This document shows positions 30,219 to 41,224 of a DNA stretch of 64,000 bases, in pieces. Origin of the DNA: Spirochaetales bacterium. GTDB taxonomy: Bacteria > Spirochaetota > Spirochaetia > SZUA-6 > JAFGRV01. Under the pieces are notes generated by a model. It was not told the DNA's origin. It ran no database searches and saw only the letters and a list, made by a program, of their open reading frames with translations. The stretch is from assembly GCA_016930085.1 (NCBI GenBank), contig JAFGHO010000067.1, forward strand, positions 1,041 through 65,040, given 5' to 3'. The position numbers were made by a program, and so were the translations under genes. Position 1 is the stretch's first letter. Every line of letters begins with the position of its first letter.

Positions 30219-31359
30219 GGGGAAAGAAATGGATACAAAGGATTTCATGGCCGGTATTTATAAAAAGGCAGATAATTATCGGTATTTTATGCCTGAAAAA
30301 ATCAACCGTGCATTTATCTGGACAGATACTATGCTAAACGAAATCTTGGAAAAAGCATCGTTAAAACTAGGCGAACTGAACTCATTTTCACGACTTGTGC
30401 CGGATACCGATATGTTTATCCTTATGTATATTGTCAAGGAAGCGGTTATTTCAAGCCGTATTGAAGGAACACGGACTAATATCGAGGAAGCCTTTGCCGA
30501 AGAAAGTGATATCGATCCTGAAAAGAGGGACGACTGGAAGGAAGTGAAAAATTATGTCAACGCGATGAACCAGGCAATTAATGACCTTGAGAAGCTGCCT
30601 TTATCAAACCGGCTTATAAGAAAAACTCATGAGATATTATTGTCCGGAAGCAGGGGCGAAACAAAAACACCGGGAGAATTTCGTAAATCCCAGAACTGGA
30701 TCGGCGGGGTAAGTCTCGGCGATGCCGTTTTTATTCCTCCGTCACATATTGAATTGCCTGAATTATTATCGGATTTCGAGAAATTTCTGCATAACAGCGA
30801 TATCCATGTTCCACATCTGGTAAAGATAGCAATTGCCCATTATCAATTCGAGACTATACATCCATTCCTCGATGGTAACGGAAGGATTGGACGGCTTCTT
30901 ATAACACTTTACCTTGTCGCTAACGGAATCCTGGAGAAGCCTCTGTTGTATCTTTCGGATTTTTTCAATAAAAATAAAACATTGTATTATGACAATTTGA
31001 CTTTTGTACGCACCAAAAACGATCTCAATCAATGGATCAGATTTTTTTTGACGGGCGTTATCGATACGGCGGAAAACGGCGTTGCGACACTAAGGAAAAT
31101 AATTGCACTAAAAGAAACGATCGAGCATGATCATATCATGAAGATGGGAAAACGGCTTCAAACGGGACTTGCCCTGTTGCATGGAATATTAAGACAACCT
31201 CTGGTTTCGGCAAAAGACGTACAGGAAATGACACGTCTTTCTCCAAAGGCCGCAAACGATATTATAGATATTTTTATAGAAAAAAATATACTTGTCGAGA
31301 CCACAGGGTATAGACGAAATCGAAGTTATTTGTTCGAGTCATATATCAGGATGTTTTGA
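30214..31359 (+). CDS. Fic family protein with C-terminal HTH (alternative start 30229)
   Basis: SSRIEG motif, PGEFRKSQNWIGG, catalytic HPFLDGNGRIGR, C-terminal ETTGYRRNR. Confidence 0.93.
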   Translation: MLGKEMDTKDFMAGIYKKADNYRYFMPEKINRAFIWTDTMLNEILEKASLKLGELNSFSRLVPDTDMFILMYIVKEAVISSRIEGTRTNIEEAFAEESDIDPEKRDDWKEVKNYVNAMNQAINDLEKLPLSNRLIRKTHEILLSGSRGETKTPGEFRKSQNWIGGVSLGDAVFIPPSHIELPELLSDFEKFLHNSDIHVPHLVKIAIAHYQFETIHPFLDGNGRIGRLLITLYLVANGILEKPLLYLSDFFNKNKTLYYDNLTFVRTKNDLNQWIRFFLTGVIDTAENGVATLRKIIALKETIEHDHIMKMGKRLQTGLALLHGILRQPLVSAKDVQEMTRLSPKAANDIIDIFIEKNILVETTGYRRNRSYLFESYIRMF

Positions 31360-31411
31360 CTTTGAGAATATTTTTATATGCTACTTCTTTATTAACCCGG
31401 GAGACTTGTAT

Positions 31412-34400
31412 TTGAGTAGTGAAAGTAAACAAATAAGCAATCCTTTTTCAACAGGTGGAGGTGGCATATATTTCGAAACACGCGTACAGTCGCTTTTTGT
31501 TGCGCTTATGCTTACGGGAGGATTTGCTCCATGTTTACCATGCTGCCCGATTACCAGGATTAAACTTCAGGGAAGATTTGCCGGATTCAATACTGATGAT
31601 ATGATCGTTTATATGAGTGATACATCGGGTAAGGAACGAAAACTTCTTGGACAGATCAAACATACAATAAGTATAACCGAAAGCGAAGAGGTTTTTAGAG
31701 AAGTAATACAGGCCGCATGGAATGATTATAGTAATCCGGATATTTTTACAAAAAATGAAGATGTTTTTGCACTTATTACCGGCCCTCTCAGTGTGACTGA
31801 TATCAATGATACAAGAACGATACTTGAATGGGCGAGGGCTTCAGGAAATGCAGATGAGTTTTTTACCAAAGTGAAACTGGCAAGATTTAGCAGTAAGCAA
31901 AAGAAAAAAAAGCTGGATGTATTCAAGCTCAATCTAAAGAAAGCTAACAAAGAAAAAGATATACCCAATGAAATTATTTTCGATTTTCTTAAACATTTCA
32001 ATCTTATCGGTTACGACCTTGACATCAAGTCCGGTGTCACATTGTCACTATTACATTCTATAATTGGTCAGTATTCACAGGATAATGCAGAATCAATATG
32101 GACAAGAATTGTCGATGAGGTTCAATCGGCAAACAAAAATGCAGGCACAATAACAATGGATATGCTTCCGGTGGAATTACAAAACATTTTTGGCAAGAAA
32201 GAAATCAATACAATACCTTCTGATTTACCAAAACCAGAGATTGAATCTATTTCTCCAGACTGGACACACCATAAATATGCTGTTCCATTATCAATCTCAG
32301 TTATTGCAGGTGCATGGAACGAGCAAAATCAAATGGATTGCGAGATTGTCGGCAAACTTGCAGGTGAAAATTACGAATCATGGATAGTCAAATTAAGAGA
32401 AATACTTCATGAATCGGAGAATCCTCTTGATTTTCGAAACGGACGCTGGAATATAAAAAACAGAATAAATCTGTGGGATATGCTGGGCTCGAGGATTTTT
32501 GGCAATAATCTGGATACATTCAAGGAATGTGCAATCAAGGTATTAGCGGAATATGACCCTCAATTTGATTTAAAACCAGAATAAAGATTTGCAGCAGGTA
32601 TCCATGGAAAGGTTTTGAGTTATTCACGTGATATACGTAAAGGTATGGCAGAAGGGCTTGCCTTGATGGGCACAAGATCAAAATCGTTGATTAATTGTAC
32701 GGAACAAAAACCGGAAGCTGTTGCTGTTCTTACGATAAGAGAAATTTTTGATAAAGCCGGTTGGAAACGCTGGGCAAGTCTGAACGATTTGCTTCCAATA
32801 TTAGCCGAAGCATCGCCCGTAGAATTCCTTACTGCTGTGGAGCAGGCATTACAACAAAATGAATGCCCTTTTGATGAATTATTCGCACAGGAAGGAAAAG
32901 GATTATTGGGAAGTAATTATCTGTCCGGATTATGGTGGGCTTTGGAAGCTCTTTCATGGGATGAGGAATATATAACTCGAACATGTGTCATTCTTGGAGA
33001 ACTTGCATCTCATGATCCTGGCGGGAATTGGGCCAATCGACCAATTAATTCCTTAACTTCGATTTTATTGCCATGGCATCCTCAAACAAAAGCAAATAGT
33101 GATACAAGGATCGCCGCTTTCAAGGCTGTCCTTTTAGAATTTCCCGGAATTGCCTGGAAACTGGTCATTAATTTACTTCCTGAACAACATCAAACTTCAT
33201 CCAGTACATATAAACCACAATGGCGTAATCCAATACCTGGAGATTGGAAACCCAAAGTAACAAACAAGGAATATCAGGATCAAGTTGAAAAATATGCAGA
33301 TATAGCTGTTTATATGGCTGTTACAGATCCTTCCAGGATTAAGGATTTGGTTGAAAATCTTGATAATCTGCCTGAATCATCCTTTGACAGGATATTGAGA
33401 CATATTTCTTCAAAACAGGTAACATCGCTTCCTGAAAATGAACGGTTGCCCATTTGGATAAGTTTGAAACAATGTGCCAGAAAGCACCGGCGGTATGCAG
33501 ACACACAATGGGCTCTGGATGCTGTTTCAGTATCAAAAATAGAAGCGGCTGCCAAAAAGATTGCACCTGAAAGCCCTGAGGGGCGTTACAGAGAACTTTT
33601 TATAAATAGAAGCAATTATCTTTATGAAAGTAATAGTGATATACAAGAACAGAATGATAAATTGAATGAAAAACGACAAAAAGCTGTACAGGAAATAATG
33701 GATAAAGATGGAATTAATGGGATTATAGCTTTTACACATACTGTTGAATCTGCTGAGCAGGTAGGATGGGCACTTGGCGCAATAGCAAATGACGAAATCG
33801 ATACTTATTTGTTGCCTGAATTTTTAACGGATAAGACAGAAAAAATCAAACGCTTCATAAGCATGTATATATTAAATCGATATTGTATATATAGATGGGA
33901 ATGGGTTGATGGGTTGAATCGCTCTCACTGGACCATGGATCATAATTGTCAGTTCCTCATGTGTTTGCCATTTGTCATCGATACATGGCATAGAGTAACA
34001 AAATGGCTAAACGAAGATGAAAATCAATACTGGAAAAAAGTTAATGTTAATCCATATGATTCAGATGATGACCTTGTTTTCGCAATCGATAAACTTATTG
34101 AGGCAGGAAGACCTCAAAAAGCAATTGATTGCCTGTGTTACAGAAAATACAAGAAATTGCCACTAGATAGGGATCGTACAATGAAAGCTTTATTTAATGC
34201 AATATCTTCTGAAGAATCATCGGCTTATATAGATTCTTTAAATGCTATAGAACTTATTAAAGAACTTCAAAACGATCCTGAAGCCGATCCAAACGATCTT
34301 TTTAAAATCGAATGGGCATATTTACCCTTACTCGATTCTCATCACGATGCCGAACCAAAGTTTCTTGAGAAACAACTCGCTTCAAACCCTGGGTTTTTCT

Positions 34401-34981
34401 GCGAATTGATTCAACTTGTGTTTAAATCCAGCAAAGAAGAAAAAAATGACATTAATATAAATGAAGGAAGCAAAAATATTGCGGAGAATACATGGAGACT
34501 TCTTCATAATTGGAAAAGGCCGCCTGGAATGAATGAAAATGGAAATTTCGAATCAAAATATTTTAAGTCATGGCTTGAAATTGTAAAAGAAAAGTGCAGG
34601 GAATCCGGACATTATGAAGTAGCTATGAGGAAGATAGGTGAGGTGCTTGTATATTGTCCTGCCGATAAAGAGGGACTCTGGATTGATAAAGATATTGCAA
34701 GAATGCTGAATGAAAAGGATGCCGATCCTATGAGAAGGGGATTCAATACAGAAGTATACAATTCGAGAGGTTTTCATGCAGTTGATCCAAAAGGTAAACA
34801 GGAAAGGGAAATAGCTGGTAAATGGAGGGAAAAAGCATATGCTGTCGATAATGAAGGTTTCGCACGATTTGCCGCATCATTACGCGAGTTGGCCGGTTCT
34901 TTTGAACGTGAAGCAAGGATGTTTAAAAATATATTTATTGATGAATTCGGATTGGTAACTGGTGAGGAAGATACAGACTAA
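31412..34981 (+). pseudogene. ~1190-codon PD-(D/E)xK-like nuclease + helical-repeat protein interrupted by one in-frame TAA (32582-32584)
   Basis: ORFs ending at 32584 and starting at 32615 share a frame and read DPQFDLKPE*RFAAGIHGKVLSYS. N-terminal NPFSTGGGG..FE and TDDMIV..LLGQIKH motifs; TTG start after GGGAGA; AT-rich. Confidence 0.7.
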
Positions 34982-35203
34982 ATCTAAACTTTTACATGTG
35001 AAACGAATATTATATTTATCTATCCATTATCAGAAACCAATCTTCCCTGATACTCCGGCCGTATAAAAATCCTTCTTGTAATACCCGCAGAATAATAAAA
35101 AAGGCGGCAAGGAAGCCTCCTTGGGGCCGTCTTTCCGGCGTCCCCGTGCTTCCCGCACCGCCCTTTCAGATGAAAAGGAATCAAGGCCGCAAGGCGGCCC
35201 CGA

Positions 35204-37336
35204 TTATTGATGTTCGCCCGCAAGCCGCATGGCGGCTGTAACCAGCGATATAAACTCCTCCCGGTAGCCGTATTCGTCCTTTCCGCGTGAGCCCCCGGCA
35301 AGATCGAGCACCTGCTCATAGGACGCATCGGCCTTGTGTTCCGAGTTTCTGAGGAGCAGTCCCCATTCGGCGACCGCCGAGGCGAACCGGAAATTGTCGG
35401 AGGAGGCCGTTAGCGGGATATCCTCATCGCGAACGGGGATTTCTATCAGGATGCTTGTATCCCCTTTCGGTTTTTTGTAGCGGAACTTCATTGTCATGAT
35501 TTCGTCCGTATTGTATGCGCCGTCGTTTATCCTCGTTTCCTGGTATTTCAGCTCCGTCCCGCCGCCGTCTCCAATCGAAGGAACGATTTCATAGAGGGCG
35601 GTAACGCTGTGTCCTGCGCCGAGTTCGCCCGCGTCCTTTGTGTCGTCGGCAAAATCTTCCTTCGCCATCACGCGGTTTTCGTATCCGATCAAGCGGTACG
35701 AATCGACGCGTGCGGGATTGAACTCGATCTGGATTTTCACGTCTTTCGCGATGGTAAGCAGGGTGCTTCCCATCTCCTCGACGAGGACCTTTTTCGCTTC
35801 GGAGACCGTGTCGATATAGGCGTAATTGCCGTTTCCCTTGTCGGCGAGTTTTTCCATCTTCGAATCCTTGTAGTTACCCATACCGAAGCCCAGAATCGTG
35901 AGGAAGATGCCCTTGTTTCGTTTTTCCTCGATCAGGCGGACCAGTTCCGCGTCGCTTGACACACCGACATTGAAATCGCCGTCCGTCGCGAGGATCACCC
36001 TGTTGTTTCCCTGCGGATTATAGTACTTCTCCGCCGTTTCATAGGCGAGCGAGATTCCCGCCCCGCCCGCGGTCGAACCGCCCGCCGAAAGACGTTCCAG
36101 CGCCCCGATGATCTTGCCCTTATCCGTTCCCGCTGTCGGGGGAAGGACAAGACCGGCCGCCGAGGCGTACACCGCGATAGCGACCCTGTCTTCCTGCCGC
36201 AGCTGATCGACGAGCAGGGAGAAGGCCTTTTTGAGAAGCGGCAGCTTGTTCTGGCTTTCCATCGACCCGGAAGTGTCGATGAGAAAAACGAGGTTGTTCG
36301 GCGGGAGCTGTGTCTTCGGGATCTCCTTCCCCTGTATGCCGATATGGATGAGCCGGTGCGGGGTGTTCCACGGGCATTCGGATATTTCGGTATAAAAGGC
36401 AAAGGGGTGCTCGCCCGAGGGCTGGGGATATTCGTAGGTAAAGTAGTTGACGAGTTCCTCGATCCTGACCGCATCCGGATAGGGAAGCCTGCCGTCGGTG
36501 ATAAACCGCCGCACGTTCGCATAGGAGGCGGTATCCACGTCGATGGAAAAGGTGGAGAGGGGGTTGTCGACCGCTTTCAGAAATCTGTTCTCGTAAATTC
36601 TGTCGTATTCCTCGGTATTCCAATCGGCTTCATCACCGCTTGAAAGAAGTTTGATCCTTTCGTCCGTCTTCCTTTCTTCTTCCGCGGATGCTTCGTATAG
36701 TTCCATGTCCATTCCCGATGTTTCGTCGATCATTGAATAAGCGAATATCCCCTTCTCGCCGGGTGAGGGCGGATTTTCTTCCTGGGCGGCGGTTTTCTTC
36801 TTTTCATCGGGTTTGTATTCCTTCTCTTCCTTTTTTACCGCGCTCCCCGAGCTTTCCGTTTCTTTCGATGCCGTCCTTCCCCGTTCGCCCGCTTCCGCCG
36901 GGTTTTCACTCTCCTGTTTATCCGCTTTCGGCTCCGGTATATCTTCGTCGAACGCATCGGGCACGATTCCTTCCGTGCCGGGTATCATCCCTTCAGGCGG
37001 CCCGGTGTATGTATTTATCGTGTCTTCGCTTTTCATGGTCTGCCAGAGGGGGATAAAAACCGCAAAACCGAAAACGGCGCAGAAAACCGCCGCTGCCGCG
37101 GTCACCGCGATTTTCATACCGTGTCTGCCCAGCCATTCGGTTACCGGATGGGATTTGTCCGTGAACTCTCTGAGAAGTCTTTTTTTGAGTGTTTTTCTGA
37201 ATTCCTCATCCATTGTGACATCCGGTTTCGAGGAAACGAGTTTTTCGATTATTTTCTTCAATTCGGTCTCCTTTTCCTTCAATGACGGATCGACCTCATA
37301 AAGGTCGTTCAAGATTGCATGTATTGTTTCATTCAT
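35204..37336 (-). CDS. Membrane-anchored vWA domain protein (YfbK-like), probable anti-sigma
   Basis: N-terminal helical domain, TM helix, acidic linker, PLSTFSIDVDTASY, MIDAS DTSGSM, LATDGDFNVG and FRFASAVAEWGLLLR; ATGA overlap with the sigma gene. Confidence 0.88.
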   Translation of the reverse strand: MNETIHAILNDLYEVDPSLKEKETELKKIIEKLVSSKPDVTMDEEFRKTLKKRLLREFTDKSHPVTEWLGRHGMKIAVTAAAAVFCAVFGFAVFIPLWQTMKSEDTINTYTGPPEGMIPGTEGIVPDAFDEDIPEPKADKQESENPAEAGERGRTASKETESSGSAVKKEEKEYKPDEKKKTAAQEENPPSPGEKGIFAYSMIDETSGMDMELYEASAEEERKTDERIKLLSSGDEADWNTEEYDRIYENRFLKAVDNPLSTFSIDVDTASYANVRRFITDGRLPYPDAVRIEELVNYFTYEYPQPSGEHPFAFYTEISECPWNTPHRLIHIGIQGKEIPKTQLPPNNLVFLIDTSGSMESQNKLPLLKKAFSLLVDQLRQEDRVAIAVYASAAGLVLPPTAGTDKGKIIGALERLSAGGSTAGGAGISLAYETAEKYYNPQGNNRVILATDGDFNVGVSSDAELVRLIEEKRNKGIFLTILGFGMGNYKDSKMEKLADKGNGNYAYIDTVSEAKKVLVEEMGSTLLTIAKDVKIQIEFNPARVDSYRLIGYENRVMAKEDFADDTKDAGELGAGHSVTALYEIVPSIGDGGGTELKYQETRINDGAYNTDEIMTMKFRYKKPKGDTSILIEIPVRDEDIPLTASSDNFRFASAVAEWGLLLRNSEHKADASYEQVLDLAGGSRGKDEYGYREEFISLVTAAMRLAGEHQ

Positions 37337-37917
37337 ACGATGGTTCCTCCTTTTTGGAAAAATGTGGTGAAAAGAAAAACAAAAAGGAGTGCCGCAACGG
37401 AAAGGTGTTTCCGAAGACGGGCGATCACCCTCATGAACATCATCTTGCATGCGCCTTCGCTCTTTCCCATAATCTGGGCGATATCCCTGTACGGGAGTTC
37501 CTGCCAGACGCGGAGAATGAGAAGGTCGCGTTGTTCCGAGGGAAGTTTTTTCATCACCTTTTGCAGCTCCCTGAGATGTTCCCTGTTTTCCGTGTCGAGT
37601 TCGACATTCTGGCGCCCCGCGCAATCCCATACATCGTCGATGTCGACAGTCTTTCTGTGAGCTCGGTAATGATCGGTGACCAGATTCCGCGCTATCCGAT
37701 AGAGCCATGACGATATGCTTCCCTTCTCAGGATCGTATTGGGCCAGATGTTCGAGCGCCTTGAGAAATGTCGTTGCCGTGAGGTCTTCGGCGATTTCCCT
37801 GTGATATGTCTTGTAGTAGATAAACCGATATATTTTATCCGCATACATATCGTAGACGCTCCCGAACTCGTCCCGCTTCACTTTTGTCTTTCTTTTCGGA
37901 AATTCTATTACCTTCAT
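37333..37917 (-). CDS. ECF RNA polymerase sigma factor
   Basis: AEDLTATTFLKA, SWLYRIARNLVTDHYR and LPSEQR..YRDIAQIMGKSEGA. Confidence 0.93.
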   Translation of the reverse strand: MKVIEFPKRKTKVKRDEFGSVYDMYADKIYRFIYYKTYHREIAEDLTATTFLKALEHLAQYDPEKGSISSWLYRIARNLVTDHYRAHRKTVDIDDVWDCAGRQNVELDTENREHLRELQKVMKKLPSEQRDLLILRVWQELPYRDIAQIMGKSEGACKMMFMRVIARLRKHLSVAALLFVFLFTTFFQKGGTIV

Positions 37918-38097
37918 CTCCTCTACTCCCTTATTGCACCGTGATAATGCCTGATATTTCGCCGGGTCCGATGATGCTTCACGATAACGGCCTGTTTAAT
38001 CAACGACTGGCCATTGGTCGATGATAAAGGCCGATTTGCCTTTCTACAGACGACCCGGCTGCAACCTGCGCCGGTTTTTTATATCCCTTGCAGTATA

Positions 38098-38123
38098 TAC
38101 GGAAATTCGCAAAAAAGGTAACA
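38098..38123 (-). promoter_or_regulatory. Candidate ECF-type autoregulatory promoter
   Basis: Minus strand TGTTAC-16 bp-CGTA resembles the SigW/SigX-type TGAAAC-N16-CGTA. Confidence 0.5.
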
Positions 38124-38317
38124 CGGAAAAAATGACATCACCAAAAACATGCTTTTCCGGTTTTTTATAACGCCTATAAATCATCATTGTATTGATCCGG
38201 GTACCGTTTTTTCTGCCGCAGGAGGTTTACGACCGTGATAAAAAAAGGTATATTTTGCCGGAAGACATTTTTTTCCCGTTTTCATTACACCGATATCAGG
38301 AGGAATCAGTCACCGTC

Positions 38318-38614
38318 ATGGTCCAGATGAACGCAATAATACGCAATGCAGCCGGCATCCATTGCCGGCCGTCTGCCTTGATTTTCAAACACACCGAGCA
38401 TTATAACGGAAAGATATTTCTATCGGTGGACGGAGAAAAAACGGAACTCACCTCGATTATGGATATTATCGCCCTTGGACTGCATAAAGGCGACATGGTC
38501 ATGATTCAGGTAAGCGGGCAGGGAGAGGATGAAATGATAAAACAACTTGCCTGCCTCTTTGAAACTTGTTTCGATTTTCCTCCCCGGGAAAAATCCGATC
38601 AAGGATCGTTGTAA
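38318..38614 (+). CDS. ptsH: HPr family phosphocarrier protein
   Basis: IRNAAGIHCRPS (His15 equivalent), LTSIMDIIALG (Ser46 equivalent), G.GEDE; AGGAGG RBS. Confidence 0.88.
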   Translation: MVQMNAIIRNAAGIHCRPSALIFKHTEHYNGKIFLSVDGEKTELTSIMDIIALGLHKGDMVMIQVSGQGEDEMIKQLACLFETCFDFPPREKSDQGSL

Positions 38615-38755
38615 AGAGAATCAGAAAGTACTCCTCCACATCGATCCGATTATGGATATATGGCGGGATTTCCAAAAAAAAGAGGGGATGAGAAGCTCCT
38701 TGTCGAATACAGGCGCTTCAGGCGGATACTCTTTCAGGTCCGGCAGGCAGGTTTT

Positions 38756-38923
38756 CTAATAGACGGCAGTCGCATTGTGTTTTCGGCCGGACCTGTTCAC
38801 AAGGGTTTCTTTTTCCGGTTTTTCATTTTCTTCATCCGATTCCCAATTGATACTGTTTTCCTGGATCTCTTTCATTATTATTGAAAACAGTACGATATCC
38901 TCGGATTTACCAGTCTTATTCAT
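38756..38923 (-). CDS. Possible small acidic hypothetical protein
   Basis: 55 codons from MNKTGK with GGAG upstream; no motif. Confidence 0.3.
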   Translation of the reverse strand: MNKTGKSEDIVLFSIIMKEIQENSINWESDEENEKPEKETLVNRSGRKHNATAVY

Positions 38924-39243
38924 TTTTTCTCCAACTTCTTTTTTTTCGTTTATCAATGCCTTTTTTTAGTAAGCATCATATAAGCATCCGCTTCTCACCC
39001 CCCGGGGCTCTATTATAAATTACTACGTTCTGTGCCAAATGGAATCAGACTTTTGTCTGATTTTTATATACAAATTATTCCTTATATAAGGAATAAAATT
39101 ACCCGATATCATCCAGGCGATCACTATTGCCGGAAAATCGGCATTTACCGGATATGAATGATCGATAAGCGTCTTTCTTGAAAAAAGAATACGATCCGCT
39201 ATAATAAAAGTAACGCTGTGATGCAATAAAGGAGTGGAATTTT

Positions 39244-40053
39244 TTGAATAACGATATAAACACATTATGCGTAAAACCCGATGAAAAGGTGGATTTGAAC
39301 AAAAGAACGACCGTTTACAAAGGCGTGATGGAAAAAGAAGAGGGGAAGCGGAAGCTTAAAAAGCTGATCAGACAATTGCAGGACATGCAGGAGCTTCTCT
39401 ATGCGGATTCGGGCAGATCACTCCTGGTTGTTTTCCAGGCCATGGATGCCGGCGGAAAAGACTCGACGATCCGCCATGTTTTCGGTCCGCTTAATCCGCA
39501 GGGGTGCAGGGCTGTTTCATTCAAGGCCCCGACATCTTCCGAACTGGCGCACGATTTTCTCTGGCGTATTCACGGAAACCTTCCCCCGCGGGGCTATATC
39601 GGTGTTTTCAACAGATCCCATTATGAAGACGTCCTTGTCGTGAAGGTTAAAAAACTTGTCCCCGACACATTGATCGAGAAACGCTACGGGCATATCAACA
39701 ACTTTGAACGGCTGCTTCATGATGAAGGAACACGGATTCTCAAATTTTACCTTCACATTTCAAAGCGGTATCAGAAAAAACGGTTTGTACGGCGTCTTGA
39801 AAAAACGGAAAAACAATGGAAGTTCAATCCCGGTGATCTCGCGGAACGGAAACGGTGGGACGATTACATGAAGGCCTTCGAACAGGTTTTCAGGAGGTGT
39901 TCGACGAAATATGCGCCATGGTACATCATTCCCGCGGAAACGAGGTGGTTTCGTGATCTGGCGGTTGCGACGATTGTTGAATCGACCTTGCAGGATATGG
40001 AGCTTCGTTTCCCGAAACCGTCGTTCGATCCCTCATCGATTGTCATTCCTTGA
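39244..40053 (+). CDS. ppk2: Polyphosphate kinase 2 family (class III-like)
   Basis: FQAMDAGGKDSTIR, SFKAP, HDFLWR, FNRSHYEDVL and WKFNPGD; TTG start with AAGGAG. Confidence 0.92.
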   Translation: MNNDINTLCVKPDEKVDLNKRTTVYKGVMEKEEGKRKLKKLIRQLQDMQELLYADSGRSLLVVFQAMDAGGKDSTIRHVFGPLNPQGCRAVSFKAPTSSELAHDFLWRIHGNLPPRGYIGVFNRSHYEDVLVVKVKKLVPDTLIEKRYGHINNFERLLHDEGTRILKFYLHISKRYQKKRFVRRLEKTEKQWKFNPGDLAERKRWDDYMKAFEQVFRRCSTKYAPWYIIPAETRWFRDLAVATIVESTLQDMELRFPKPSFDPSSIVIP

Positions 40054-40054
40054 G

Positions 40055-40093
40055 AAAAAAAAGGAGGAAGAAACCCAAAGGTTTTCTTCCTCC
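40055..40093 (-). terminator. Terminator between convergent ppk2 and hsp20 operon
   Basis: GGAGGAAGAAACC/GGTTTTCTTCCTCC hairpin with an adjacent A8 (U run on minus strand). Confidence 0.8.
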
Positions 40094-40130
40094 CGATACA
40101 TCATGAACGATCATGACGGTCGATCAGTCA

Positions 40131-40271
40131 TCAGTAATTCTGGTTCTCGTTATCGTGATTTCCTTTCTGTTGCTTGTCCTTGATGAACCTGATGGCCTTA
40201 ACCACGACCGTATCGATCTGCGGTTTGAAAATATATCCGATAACGATACCGACTATTATTCCGAATAACAT
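40131..40271 (-). CDS. 46-aa single-TM small protein not in the ORF track
   Basis: MLFGIIVGIVIGYIFKPQIDTVVVKAIRFIKDKQQKGNHDNENQNY; ATG overlaps the hsp20 stop (TGATG); GGAGG RBS; terminator follows. Confidence 0.7.
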   Translation of the reverse strand: MLFGIIVGIVIGYIFKPQIDTVVVKAIRFIKDKQQKGNHDNENQNY

Positions 40272-40786
40272 CATTCTTCCTCCTTCATAATATCTACCTT
40301 GATCCCTTCTTCCGATGAATAATCCTCCTTCGGAGGAACAACCACACGGAGAAGACCGTTTTTCAATTGAGCCGTGACCTTTTCGCGTTCAAACTTGCTG
40401 GCCGGCACATAATACTTCTGTTCGCTTACATCCTTGAGCTTAAGCCGCCGTTTGAAATAGCGCACGTTCTCCTTTGCCTTGAGTTCATCAGGGACTCGGG
40501 CGGATAGAACCATATAATCCCCCTTGAATTGCAGATCGATCCCTTTGTCGTCGAGTCCTGAAAGGGCGAACTCAAATACCATTTCCCTTTCATTTGTTAG
40601 ATAGACATTTGCAGGCGGGTAGGAATATGCAGGATAATAGTCTATGTTTTCGTCCCAGTGGAATTCGGTCTTGAACTCCCCGGGACCACAGGAAAAACCG
40701 TTCTTGAATGCATCCCTGAAGTTTTCCGCGGCTTCAAAGACTTCTTCAAGAATTCTGTTGAGGTCAAAGATAAAGCTTTCCTTCAT
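40271..40786 (-). CDS. Hsp20/alpha-crystallin small heat shock protein
   Basis: YPPANVY, FEFALSG and VTAQLKNGLLRVVVPPK; AGGAGAGG RBS. Confidence 0.88.
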   Translation of the reverse strand: MKESFIFDLNRILEEVFEAAENFRDAFKNGFSCGPGEFKTEFHWDENIDYYPAYSYPPANVYLTNEREMVFEFALSGLDDKGIDLQFKGDYMVLSARVPDELKAKENVRYFKRRLKLKDVSEQKYYVPASKFEREKVTAQLKNGLLRVVVPPKEDYSSEEGIKVDIMKEEE

Positions 40787-41154
40787 ACAACACCTCTCCT
40801 TTAAGCGTGTTATCCGGTCCCCCATACGAGGCGACCCTTTTTGACACACAATAATCTCGGTTACCTTTGATTATCGGTCCTTACTATGTCAATCGGGAAA
40901 TATTCATTATCCCGAGCGAGTGCTTGAAAGCTCCTCATAGATAATATGCAAAATCCGTGCCGGATACTGATCCGCAGATATTTCATTATAATATAATAAA
41001 TTGCAGGAAGTCTGGCGATCGCGAATATTCAGACGGTTAAAATTTTGTAACATTCTGACACAATTACATAAAATCAGCAGAAAAACCGTGTTCTTTTGTT
41101 CTGCCTGCCGGTAACGGGCGTATGAAAAATATGCCTCCGTATACAACTTTATTG

Positions 41155-41193
41155 AAAAAAAAACAGGGCCGTGCTTGAATGAACACGGCCCTG
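41155..41193 (-). terminator. Rho-independent terminator
   Basis: CAGGGCCGTG-N10-CACGGCCCTG with an A run on the left (U run on minus strand). Confidence 0.85.
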
Positions 41194-41224
41194 CTTGTTT
41201 AGCCTGACAGTTTACCTTTAACTG

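Noticed and set aside
37337..37708. 124-aa N-terminal extension of the vWA ORF
   Set aside because: It is an alternative frame of the sigma gene; the start at 37336 has an AAGGAGG RBS and an ATGA overlap.
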